A stretch of DNA of 57,933 bases, taken from assembly GCA_001805645.1 (NCBI GenBank), contig MHGQ01000049.1:6283-64215 (forward strand), written 5' to 3'. This DNA comes from Omnitrophica WOR_2 bacterium RIFCSPHIGHO2_02_FULL_50_17 (lineage in GTDB: Bacteria; Omnitrophota; Gorgyraeia; Zapsychrales; Zapsychraceae). Positions 35,680 through 45,310 of the stretch are shown here, piece by piece. The notes beneath the pieces are model-generated. The model did no database searches. It was not told the DNA's origin and saw only the letters and a program-made list of their open reading frames with translations. The translations under genes were made by a program, and so were the position numbers. Positions within the stretch are counted from its first letter, which is position 1. Every line of letters begins with the position of its first letter.

Positions 35680-38253
35680 TTAAGAAATTCCCGGCTTGGG
35701 AACGATAAACGAGAACGTAGAGCCTTTTCCTACTTCGCTGACAACGCTGATCCGTCCCCCGTGCAACCCCACCAAGGATTTAACGATATTGAGACCTAAC
35801 CCCGTTCCATACATGCCGGGGCCGTAGGTCCGCTCCCCCTGATAGAATTTCTCAAAGAGTCTTGGCAGATCCTCCTGCGGAATTCCCACGCCTGTATCGA
35901 TGACGGAAAATTTAACGTTTGTCTCCTCCTCCTCAACGGTAACGGTGATTTTTCCTTTTTCCGGCGTAAACTTAAAGGCATTGCTGATCAGATTCGAAAG
36001 GATTTGCATGAATCTCATCTTATCGATATCGAGTATAATCGATTTTGGAGGGACATCCAAACAGAAATTGATTTCTTTGGCCTTGACCCTCAATGCCCAC
36101 CCGCGGCAATTCTCTTGGACCAGTTCCGCCACATCCACCGATTCCCTGTAGAGGGGCATCTTACCGGCCTCGATCTTGGAGACATCGAGAATATCATCAA
36201 TGAGAAACGCCAGGCGGTCGATATTGGAGGCGGCCATGTCGACAATCTCCTTCTGCTGGGAGGTCATTTCGCCGGCTTTGCCCCGGCGCAGCAACGACAG
36301 CCCTTCTTTGGAAATCGCCAAGGGAGTGCGCAATTCATGAGAGACCGTTGAAACAAATTCGTCTTTCATCTGCATAACCTTTTTAATTTCCTCTTCGGAG
36401 TGTTTGCGTTCGGTGATATCGCGAAGATAACCGGTAAATATCGGCGGGCCTTGTGCCGGGATACGGACAATCGATAGTTCGACGGGGAATTCGGAACCGT
36501 CAGAGCGAAGGGCTGTCAACTCCAAACGTTTATTAAGGACAGGGCCTTCGCCGGTTGCCAGATAACGCGCCATACCGCGGCGATGGCCTTCCCGCAGAGA
36601 GGGAGGGATAATCACATCCGCCATTTCTCTACCGATAACCTCCTTACGGCTGAAGCCAAATGTCCTCTCGGCGGCGGGGTTAAATTCCGTGATCCGCCCC
36701 TCATGATTGATGGATATAATACAATCCATCGCCGAATCCACAATCACGGCCTTGTGCGCCTCAGCCTCATGGATAAGACGCTCAATTCTCTTGCGGTCTG
36801 TAATATCGTGAACCAGGCAGACAATCCCCCGGATTTGACGGTCATCGTCAAACATGACTGATGCCGAGAACTCAACGGGAATTTCTCGATTTTCCCGGGT
36901 CAAAAACGTCCTCTCGTCACTGCGGATAGCGTGATCGGCGGCCACTTTTTCAAGAATTAGTTCCTCTCCTGCGCCAACAAATAAACTGTGAAGGGATTGG
37001 CCTGTCAATTCTTCCTGCGTATAACCGGACAATTGGGCCGCCCTGTCATTCACCATCTGAATCATGGCGCCGGCATCCACCACAAACAGGGCATCGGCCA
37101 TATTCGATATAATCGAATGAATATGCGCCTTCTCCCTCAACAGCTGCATGCGATGATCTTTTAAATCCTTGATCATCCTGTTAAAGGCCTCCGCCAATAT
37201 CCCCAATTCATCCCCGCCTGTGTATCTCACCTCCTGCTCCAAATCCAAATCCCCGTTGGCCACCCGCTCGGCCACATACGCCATCTTCAGCACGGGTCTT
37301 GAAATATTTTTAGATGCCTTAAGGGCAATTAGGATAACACAGGCAACGACCACAAAAAAAATCCATGCAATAAGCGAACTTAAGCGCGTTACGGGTATGA
37401 AGACGACTCCCGCCTCCTGAACGACCAAAACCGTCCAGCCTAACCCCTTAAGATCTCCATACCTTTGTGAATAACTGTATCCGATAAAGTAATTTTTCCC
37501 TTCAGCATCTTTCCTCTCGAGCAAATACCCCTCTTTTTGCTGCCGGGCTAAACGGACGGATTCAAATCCCTGCCGAGTCAAATCGGCCTCAAGCCGCAGC
37601 CCCTGAGTGTCCTTCGTCCCTGCGATCACCAGACCATTTTTGCGCAAGAGCAAAATACGCCCCACAGGCAGAACGCCTCTTATGAACGAGGTCTCCAGCA
37701 CCTGCGAGAGTTCTTGAGTCCTCCAGCGTGCCCTGACCACGCCGATGATTCCCCTCCCCTGTTCATAGGCAGATCGTATAGGGAACGCAAAATCCATCCC
37801 CCCTTCGTGTGTAACGGGATCTTGCTCCATGTCCCCTATGTAAGATAAGCCGGCCATCGCCTCCCTAAAAAACCTTTCCCGAGAGAAACTCTGCCCCACC
37901 GGGGAAAAACTCGATGCGACAACTTCACCGGAAACATTCAAGACATCCATCCGGGAAAAAATCCCGTATTCCTTCTGAGCGCGCACCAAAAACGAGACAA
38001 TGCGTCCATCAACATCTCCCGTCACGACATCCTGCATGAATTCCAATCCGGTCCAGCGGCGGACATCTTCGGCGATCTCAAAAACTTTGTCGTCTATCTT
38101 CTCTATAGAGCGCCGGGCGACAAACTGAAAATACGATCCCATAATCCGGCGCAAGGAAGTTACGCCGTTATAATAGGCAATAATACTAATAACAAGTAAA
38201 GGGACGAGAGACAAAAGGAGAAGCAGGGTGGTAATCTTAGGCCGAAGTCGCAT
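35680..38253 (-). CDS. Sensor histidine kinase (Cache-HAMP-PAS-PAS-HisKA-HATPase)
   Basis: 2 TM, HAMP, two PAS, VSHELRTPL, NLISNAFKF, DTGVGI, GTGLGL. Confidence 0.94.
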   Translation of the reverse strand: MRLRPKITTLLLLLSLVPLLVISIIAYYNGVTSLRRIMGSYFQFVARRSIEKIDDKVFEIAEDVRRWTGLEFMQDVVTGDVDGRIVSFLVRAQKEYGIFSRMDVLNVSGEVVASSFSPVGQSFSRERFFREAMAGLSYIGDMEQDPVTHEGGMDFAFPIRSAYEQGRGIIGVVRARWRTQELSQVLETSFIRGVLPVGRILLLRKNGLVIAGTKDTQGLRLEADLTRQGFESVRLARQQKEGYLLERKDAEGKNYFIGYSYSQRYGDLKGLGWTVLVVQEAGVVFIPVTRLSSLIAWIFFVVVACVILIALKASKNISRPVLKMAYVAERVANGDLDLEQEVRYTGGDELGILAEAFNRMIKDLKDHRMQLLREKAHIHSIISNMADALFVVDAGAMIQMVNDRAAQLSGYTQEELTGQSLHSLFVGAGEELILEKVAADHAIRSDERTFLTRENREIPVEFSASVMFDDDRQIRGIVCLVHDITDRKRIERLIHEAEAHKAVIVDSAMDCIISINHEGRITEFNPAAERTFGFSRKEVIGREMADVIIPPSLREGHRRGMARYLATGEGPVLNKRLELTALRSDGSEFPVELSIVRIPAQGPPIFTGYLRDITERKHSEEEIKKVMQMKDEFVSTVSHELRTPLAISKEGLSLLRRGKAGEMTSQQKEIVDMAASNIDRLAFLIDDILDVSKIEAGKMPLYRESVDVAELVQENCRGWALRVKAKEINFCLDVPPKSIILDIDKMRFMQILSNLISNAFKFTPEKGKITVTVEEEETNVKFSVIDTGVGIPQEDLPRLFEKFYQGERTYGPGMYGTGLGLNIVKSLVGLHGGRISVVSEVGKGSTFSFIVPKPGIS

Positions 38254-38321
38254 AGAAAATCTGTGCAGAGGAGCCCTCAGGGGGCTGCGCAGGCATCATC
38301 CCTGTTATGACGATTGACCGG

Positions 38322-39035
38322 CTAATTTGCCTTAAGATACTTGTCAATCTCGCTTAAGAGATGTTCCGAATCAAAAGGTTTTGTGATGTATTTCTCGGCG
38401 CCGAGGACGCCGCCGATAATCTTATCCGCCTCCTGATCCCGGGCGGTCAGCATGATGATGGGTGTTTTGGTATCGTTTTTCTCTCTGCGGATCTTTCGGC
38501 AGACCTCGTAGCCGTTGAGTTTGGGAAGGCTTAAATCCAGGATAATTAAATCGGGCCATTCCTCCAGATATTTAGTAAATCCTTCCTGGCCGTCACAGGC
38601 GCTGACGACGTCATATTCCTTCTGTTTCAACTCATAGGTCAACAAATCCACCATATCTTTTTCATCTTCAATGATAAGGATCTTCTTTCTGCTCATCAGG
38701 AAGTTGAATAACCTCTGGCAGTAAAAATACACAAATCTTTCCAAGTCCTGTTTGGCGATATCTACAATCTTAACCCCGGCCCTGGCCGGCTCTGCCCCTT
38801 GGGGCCCCTCAGACCAGGTGACCTTTGCCTTCATGGTTATCTTCTCATTATTATCAAGCTTAATCTGGATCTCAGCCTGTGTCCCTAATTCGATTTTATC
38901 GTTGGTCAGGAAACATATACCGCCGGGGGAGATATCATAAACTTTTGTGGAAAAACAAATCTCTGAAGGGCCGTAAATCTTGCACTGGGCAGGAAGATCG
39001 ATTCTAATCCTTTTATACTGTCGTCTCTCTTTCAC
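38322..39035 (-). CDS. PilZ-receiver fusion protein
   Basis: RRQYKR and DISPGG PilZ motifs, then a full REC (IEDE, LDLSLPKLNG, LTA, KPF). Confidence 0.9.
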   Translation of the reverse strand: MKERRQYKRIRIDLPAQCKIYGPSEICFSTKVYDISPGGICFLTNDKIELGTQAEIQIKLDNNEKITMKAKVTWSEGPQGAEPARAGVKIVDIAKQDLERFVYFYCQRLFNFLMSRKKILIIEDEKDMVDLLTYELKQKEYDVVSACDGQEGFTKYLEEWPDLIILDLSLPKLNGYEVCRKIRREKNDTKTPIIMLTARDQEADKIIGGVLGAEKYITKPFDSEHLLSEIDKYLKAN

Positions 39036-39089
39036 GGCGGCACCTCACTTTGATGCAACTCCATATTCCATTCGTAACCAAACGGTTTT

Positions 39090-39117
39090 ATTATACATAA
39101 AAGTATCCCTTTGTCCA
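39090..39117 (-). promoter_or_regulatory. Putative sigma70 promoter for PilZ-REC/T2SS-like operon
   Basis: TGGACA-16 nt-TATAAT on the minus strand. Confidence 0.55.
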
Positions 39118-39131
39118 AATAAGAATAAGAA

Positions 39132-39167
39132 AAAAAGGGAAACAGCGCATGCGCTGTTTCCCTTTTT
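39132..39167 (-). terminator. Rho-independent terminator after gap (potentially bidirectional)
   Basis: Perfect 36-bp palindrome AAAAAGGGAAACAGCGCATGCGCTGTTTCCCTTTTT, giving U tracts on both strands. Confidence 0.85.
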
Positions 39168-39208
39168 CTTACAAGCTTCCCACCTGCCCCTCAACGATGG
39201 GGCAGGCG

Positions 39209-40264
<1,056 letters not shown>

Positions 40265-40334
40265 CTATTTGTGATAAAACATTCCCTTGTTAAAAAAGCA
40301 TTCCCTTTTCCAAAATCCTTACAATGGAAAATAT

Positions 40335-40363
40335 ACAATATACTCTCCGTCCTGAATTGTCAA
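40335..40363 (-). promoter_or_regulatory. Sigma70 promoter for gap
   Basis: TTGACA-17 nt-TATTGT on the minus strand. Confidence 0.7.
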
Positions 40364-40397
40364 GAGGGAATTCGGGGCTGTGGCGGGATTGTGGGCA

Positions 40398-41456
40398 TCA
40401 AGAAGAGTTTGGAGACGATACCGCGCGCAGGTATCCGGCAGCCATGCGGGGGTCGGTGCGCACCATGTAAAATCCCGTCCCGCGCTCGAAGCCGGTGGTG
40501 CGTGTTAACTTGGGGATAATCTCAATATGCCAGTGGAAACAATGAGACACATCCAGTTTTCCGCCATGGCACCAGGGCGGTTCGTGATCTTCCCCTTTGC
40601 TGTTTATAGGGGAGACATGGCAATAATAATTGTACGGCGGATCGTTCAGACATGCCTTCATCCGGGACAAGACATCTTTAAGAATGCGGCCCAACGCGTA
40701 TCTCTCCTTATCGTCGATGGCTGAAAAGTCAGCATTGTGCTTTTTAGGAAATATCCAACATTCAAAAGGATACCGCGGGGCAAAGGGACAAAAAACGATA
40801 AAATGCTCATTCTCCGTGATAATCCGTTCCTGATCGCTGTATTCCTGGGCCAGGATATCGCAATAGACGCAGCGCCCCTTCTCCTCGTAATACTTCTGGG
40901 CGCCCTGAAGCTCCTGGAGGACATATTTGGGAACCATGGGAAGGGCAATGATCTGGCTGTGGGGATGTCCCACCGTGGCGCCGGCCGACTCGCCGTAATT
41001 CCTGAAGAGGACAATATATTTGAACCGCTTATCCTTGCGAAGGTCTGTAAAACGGCTTTGATACTTACTGATCACATGGGCTATTTCCTCATCCGTAAAC
41101 TCGGCCAGATTCTTATCATGCACCGGTGTCTCGATCAGAACCTCATGCGCGCCGATGCCGTTAAAAAATGTATAAACACCCTCCTGGCGTTCATCCAGGT
41201 TCCCCTCGATCCTCAAGGCCGGGAATTTATTGGGTACCACACGCACCCGCCAGCCTGGGGCATTGGCCGCCGACCCTTCGGGACGGATGGCGTCGATCTC
41301 TGGCGGCGTGAAAAATTCTTTCCCGGGGCAAAACTGACAGGTCGACAGCCGTTCACGGTGACGGCTTTCCCTCTCATACCTTTCCGGAGCCCAGGAATCC
41401 TGCGTATGAACAATCACCCACTGCCCCATGATAAGATCCCGGCGCAATTCTGTCAT
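40398..41456 (-). CDS. galT: GalT-family nucleotidyltransferase (HPH motif intact)
   Basis: MTELRRD start at 41456 (ORF track 41606), CQFC, VVPNKFPAL, GAHEVLIETP, NYGESAGATVGHPHSQ, HWHIEIIP. Confidence 0.9.
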   Translation of the reverse strand: MTELRRDLIMGQWVIVHTQDSWAPERYERESRHRERLSTCQFCPGKEFFTPPEIDAIRPEGSAANAPGWRVRVVPNKFPALRIEGNLDERQEGVYTFFNGIGAHEVLIETPVHDKNLAEFTDEEIAHVISKYQSRFTDLRKDKRFKYIVLFRNYGESAGATVGHPHSQIIALPMVPKYVLQELQGAQKYYEEKGRCVYCDILAQEYSDQERIITENEHFIVFCPFAPRYPFECWIFPKKHNADFSAIDDKERYALGRILKDVLSRMKACLNDPPYNYYCHVSPINSKGEDHEPPWCHGGKLDVSHCFHWHIEIIPKLTRTTGFERGTGFYMVRTDPRMAAGYLRAVSSPNSS

Positions 41457-42445
41457 GGGGTCTCCTCTTCTCTTAAATATTCGGCCGTATCCTCCGGCGG
41501 AATACCGCAGATATAAAACCCCGTCCCCTTCTCGAAACCAGCAACCTGCGTCAGCCGGGGGATAATTTCTATATGCCAATGATAATCTTTCTCCAGTGTT
41601 TCCCACTTATAGTCATCACCCTTCCTTCGGTAAGGCGCCGTCTGCACGATGAGATTGTACGCCGGATCATCCAGCCCTTCTTTGAGCTTTTGCAGGATCC
41701 CTTTAAGTATCCCGGCCAGGTCATCTTCGCGGTCTTGAATCCCTTCGGCGAAGTCGCAGTGATGGTCTTTAGGCAAAATCCACACCTCAAACAAAAACCG
41801 TGCGGCAAACGGCGTCACGGCTATGAAATGCTGCGTCTCCAGGACAAGGCGTTTCCCGTCCTCCCTCTCCTGAAGAATCACGTCGCAATAAAGACACCTC
41901 TTCTTCGCCTCAAAGTATTTCTGGGCCTCCTGAAGCTTTTCCTTCACGCGCCGCGGACGGACAGGGGTGGCGAGGATATGGGAACAGGTGTGCTGGATAT
42001 GCCGGTGGCTGATCGTTGGGCCGTGGTTTTTATAAACCAGGATATTGGCCAGCGACGAATTTTTCTCCAGATCGCGGAACCGATGAGCATATGCCCGGAT
42101 GACATGCTGGATTTGCCGGACATCCAAATCCGCCATATTGGCGATATGATCAGGCGTTTCAATCACGATCTCGTGTATCCCCATCCCTGTAATCCGATCA
42201 TACAGACCATGGTGCCGGCGCTCCAATACAGCTATACTCTCCGGAGAATACTGTCTCGAAGGAATAATCCGCACATCTTCCTCTGCGTAGACCGGCTCGC
42301 GGTCAGGATGACATAACGGGCAGGCTTGAGGGTTCTCCTCCAGCGTCCCGTCGTTTACATCAACAAAATTACCCGGCCTTCGGGCCCGTTCCGTGGCGAC
42401 AATAATCCAGCGCCCTGAAAGGGGATCTCTTCGTAATTGAGGCAT
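41453..42445 (-). CDS. GalT-family paralog with altered catalytic motif
   Basis: MPQLRRDP, CPLC, HEIVIETP, HWHIEIIPR, FEKGTG; HPHSQ replaced by HTCSH. Confidence 0.88.
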   Translation of the reverse strand: MPQLRRDPLSGRWIIVATERARRPGNFVDVNDGTLEENPQACPLCHPDREPVYAEEDVRIIPSRQYSPESIAVLERRHHGLYDRITGMGIHEIVIETPDHIANMADLDVRQIQHVIRAYAHRFRDLEKNSSLANILVYKNHGPTISHRHIQHTCSHILATPVRPRRVKEKLQEAQKYFEAKKRCLYCDVILQEREDGKRLVLETQHFIAVTPFAARFLFEVWILPKDHHCDFAEGIQDREDDLAGILKGILQKLKEGLDDPAYNLIVQTAPYRRKGDDYKWETLEKDYHWHIEIIPRLTQVAGFEKGTGFYICGIPPEDTAEYLREEETP

Positions 42446-42447
42446 AG

Positions 42448-43380
42448 CTATTCAAACCGAAATCCAACTCCGAGTTTATGCCCTGCGACAAAATCATGCG
42501 CCTCCATCGGCCTGGAGGCCTCGAAATGAACCTTTTTAATTCGCAGTCCACCTCCGGCGGCGGCGACCACAAAACCTTTCTTGTCAATTTCCGTTACTTC
42601 TCCTGAAGATACAACAGAAAAATCTTTGTCCATAACCTCGGTCTCCAGTATCTTCAGTAATTTCCCCTTATAAAAAGTATACGCCGCCGGCCACGGCAAA
42701 AGACCGCGCACAAGATTATAAATCACTTCAGCCTTACTATCCCAGCGGATACGTCCCAATTCTTTCGTCAATTTAGGGGCAAAGGTCGCCGCCTCATGCG
42801 CCTGCGGGGTCAAGGTATACGCATTTTTTTCAATTGTATCCATTGTCTCAAGAAGAAAAAACGGACATATCTGAGACATTCTAGTCCGTAATGTGACCGC
42901 GGTATCGTCCCGGGCGATGGCTATTTTTTCCTGAACCAAGATATCCCCAGCATCCAGGACAGAACTGATCTTCATAATAGAAATTCCCGTCTGCCGTTCT
43001 CCGTTGACAATTGCCCAGTTGATCGGCGCGGCCCCGCGGTATTTGGGCAGAAGGGAACTATGGACATTGACGGCAAAACGATGCGGCACCGCCAAAACCT
43101 CGTCGGGGAGAAACTGGCCGTAGGCAACCACAACAAATAAATCGCTGTCCAGGCATCTTAACTGGCTTAAAAAAACCTCATCCCGAAGACGCGTCGGCTG
43201 CAACACCAAAATCTTATGCTCCCCGGCGCACTGTTTAACCGGGGAACCGCTCACCTTCCAGCCCCTTCCCTTAGGCTTGTCAGGCTGCGTCACACAGGCT
43301 GCCACCTCATGTCTCGAGTCAATCAACGCCTTCAGATGCGCCGCGGCAAAATCATCGCTGCCAAAAAAGACAATATTCAT
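42448..43380 (-). CDS. fmt: Methionyl-tRNA formyltransferase
   Basis: FFGSDDF, TQPDKPKGRG, VVAYG, NVHSSLLPKYRGAAPI, LDAGDI. Confidence 0.97.
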   Translation of the reverse strand: MNIVFFGSDDFAAAHLKALIDSRHEVAACVTQPDKPKGRGWKVSGSPVKQCAGEHKILVLQPTRLRDEVFLSQLRCLDSDLFVVVAYGQFLPDEVLAVPHRFAVNVHSSLLPKYRGAAPINWAIVNGERQTGISIMKISSVLDAGDILVQEKIAIARDDTAVTLRTRMSQICPFFLLETMDTIEKNAYTLTPQAHEAATFAPKLTKELGRIRWDSKAEVIYNLVRGLLPWPAAYTFYKGKLLKILETEVMDKDFSVVSSGEVTEIDKKGFVVAAAGGGLRIKKVHFEASRPMEAHDFVAGHKLGVGFRFE

Positions 43381-43386
43381 AACATT

Positions 43387-43465
43387 ATCGCATGAAGCGT
43401 GAAACGTATTTCGTGAAGCGCAAAAAATATCTTACGAGATACTCTTCACGAGCGGCGCTTTACGA
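43387..43465. repeat. Intergenic hairpin of 7-nt periodic repeats (CGTGAAG-like)
   Basis: CATGAAG CGTGAAA CGTATTT CGTGAAG vs reverse complement CGTAAAG CGCCGCT CGTGAAG AGTATCT CGTAAG. Confidence 0.85.
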
Positions 43466-45310
43466 TTAAGGATCCACGTTAAGCGTTATCAGCGTGCTGT
43501 GCCTGCGTTTGAAATCTTTAATGACCGGCGTCGCATACGCCAGTATATCTTTTACCGACAGGCCTTTCAATAGAATTGTAAAACGATATTTATCCCGCAG
43601 CTTAGGATTCACATCCGGGTGCGGGTCAAGGACATCTATCCCTTGAGGTTTGCGCTTCTCCAAGCGCGCATAGAGATCCTTGGCCTGCTCAAAGACACGT
43701 TCTTCGTCGCTCCCGCGCAGTCCGACAGCCGCCAAATGTTTATAGGGAGGGAATCCCAGCTCCTGCCGGAATTTGAGCTCCTTGCGATAAAATCCATCGA
43801 AATCCCCCTTAAGGACCGCCCTCAGACAGTAGTTGTCGATCATCCGTGTCTGAACCAGCAGCTTCCTGACGGCAAACTGCCTTAAATGAACCAGGAGGGC
43901 AAAGGCCTTCTGGGCGCTGCGAAAATCCATGTGGTGCAGTTCGGCGTCAAAATTCACAACCGCCATTAAATCCACCGGAAAAGCCCCCTGTCCTTTCAAG
44001 ACCGCCTGGGTGGCAATCACCACATCCGCCTCCCGAGGGAATTCTGCCGTTTGCCGGTCGTAACGGCTGATGCGGGCATGGGGATAGAGCCGCGCCGCCT
44101 CGCTTTCCAGTTTCTCTATTCCTGTCCCGCTTGAACGCAGGTAGGAACCCGGACAGTGAGGACAAAATCCCGGCAATTCTGTCTTAAAAGAACAATGCCG
44201 GCAAACCATCCTCTTGGAGACGTACAAATACGTCAGATTGACATCGCAGCGCGGGCATTTCAGCGTCCATCCGCACTGAGGACAGCGCGTCTGTGTGCTG
44301 AAACCCTTGCGGTTCATAAATAAAACCACCTTGCCTTGCGCCGTCAGGGTCTCCTGTATCGCACTCTGTAAAGGAAAAGAAAGAATCGATGTCCGCTGGG
44401 GATTGTAATTGGTCATATCCACAGGCTGCATTTCGCTTAAACGATCCGGCTCATAGGTGATCTTTGTCCAACGCTCTTTTTTTGCCTTGTGCCATGTCTC
44501 GGCAGAAGGCGCTGAGCTGACATAAAGAAGAGAACATCCTTCACTCTGGGAGCGCATCTGCGCTATGGTCTGCGCCCGGTAATGAGGGGACTGCTCCTGT
44601 TTGTAAGCCGCATGCTCTTCCTCGTAAATAACAATCAAACCTAAAGAGGACACCGGGGCAAAAACCGCGGACCGCGTCCCCACAACGACCGTCGCCCTGC
44701 CTTCTTTGACCTTGATCCACTGCTCCAACTCCCGCGAGGAGCGCATCTTTTTATCCAGTACGATGACCGGACAGGAAACCTCTTTGAGCCTCTGCAGGAC
44801 AGATTCAATGAGCGATGCCTCGGGGACAAGAAAGATAACACGGCGTTTGGCCTCCCATACCTTTCGGATCGTCTCCAGGATAAACGGCCACCTCTTATCA
44901 GGGCTTTTGTCATGAAGCAAAATGACCTTCTTTCCCAAGGGCGCTTCGGCCTTATCTTCGCCGCAAGGCGTCCATTGAAGTTCTTTGGCCTTTCGCAGGG
45001 CCGTCGGCAGCCACGTCTGTGCGGCCTCCCCCCACGAACAGCCATAATATCTCCCGAAAGCCCTGGTGAGTTTGAGCGCCTTTTCATCAAGGGACGGATA
45101 ATCGTCGAGGATGGACAGAACAGGATTCAACGGCTTAAAGGGACTGTTCTTTTGGAATCGGACAACGACCCCTATGCTGGGGCGACGGTTAAACACCATA
45201 CGCACCCTTTGCCCCACCGCGATTCTATCCCGAAGGGATTTGCCGACAGAGTAATCGAAGGGGCCTTCGACGGGCAGGCCGACAATGACTTGTGCAATCC
45301 GTTTGTTCAT
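43466..45310 (-). CDS. priA: Primosomal protein N' (PriA) with degenerate helicase motifs
   Basis: 3'BD FDYSV, VVGTRSAVFAP, YKQE, FMNRKGFS, four CxxC, GTGIEK, FPPY; adjacent to fmt. Confidence 0.9.
   Translation of the reverse strand: MNKRIAQVIVGLPVEGPFDYSVGKSLRDRIAVGQRVRMVFNRRPSIGVVVRFQKNSPFKPLNPVLSILDDYPSLDEKALKLTRAFGRYYGCSWGEAAQTWLPTALRKAKELQWTPCGEDKAEAPLGKKVILLHDKSPDKRWPFILETIRKVWEAKRRVIFLVPEASLIESVLQRLKEVSCPVIVLDKKMRSSRELEQWIKVKEGRATVVVGTRSAVFAPVSSLGLIVIYEEEHAAYKQEQSPHYRAQTIAQMRSQSEGCSLLYVSSAPSAETWHKAKKERWTKITYEPDRLSEMQPVDMTNYNPQRTSILSFPLQSAIQETLTAQGKVVLFMNRKGFSTQTRCPQCGWTLKCPRCDVNLTYLYVSKRMVCRHCSFKTELPGFCPHCPGSYLRSSGTGIEKLESEAARLYPHARISRYDRQTAEFPREADVVIATQAVLKGQGAFPVDLMAVVNFDAELHHMDFRSAQKAFALLVHLRQFAVRKLLVQTRMIDNYCLRAVLKGDFDGFYRKELKFRQELGFPPYKHLAAVGLRGSDEERVFEQAKDLYARLEKRKPQGIDVLDPHPDVNPKLRDKYRFTILLKGLSVKDILAYATPVIKDFKRRHSTLITLNVDP

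Noticed and set aside
38261-38292. Weak hairpin between PilZ-REC and the kinase as a terminator
   Set aside because: The stem is interrupted and there is no U tract on the minus strand.
41457-41606. N-terminal extension of the second GalT
   Set aside because: It overlaps the upstream paralog by 150 nt; the MTELRRD start matches the family and forms an ATGA overlap.
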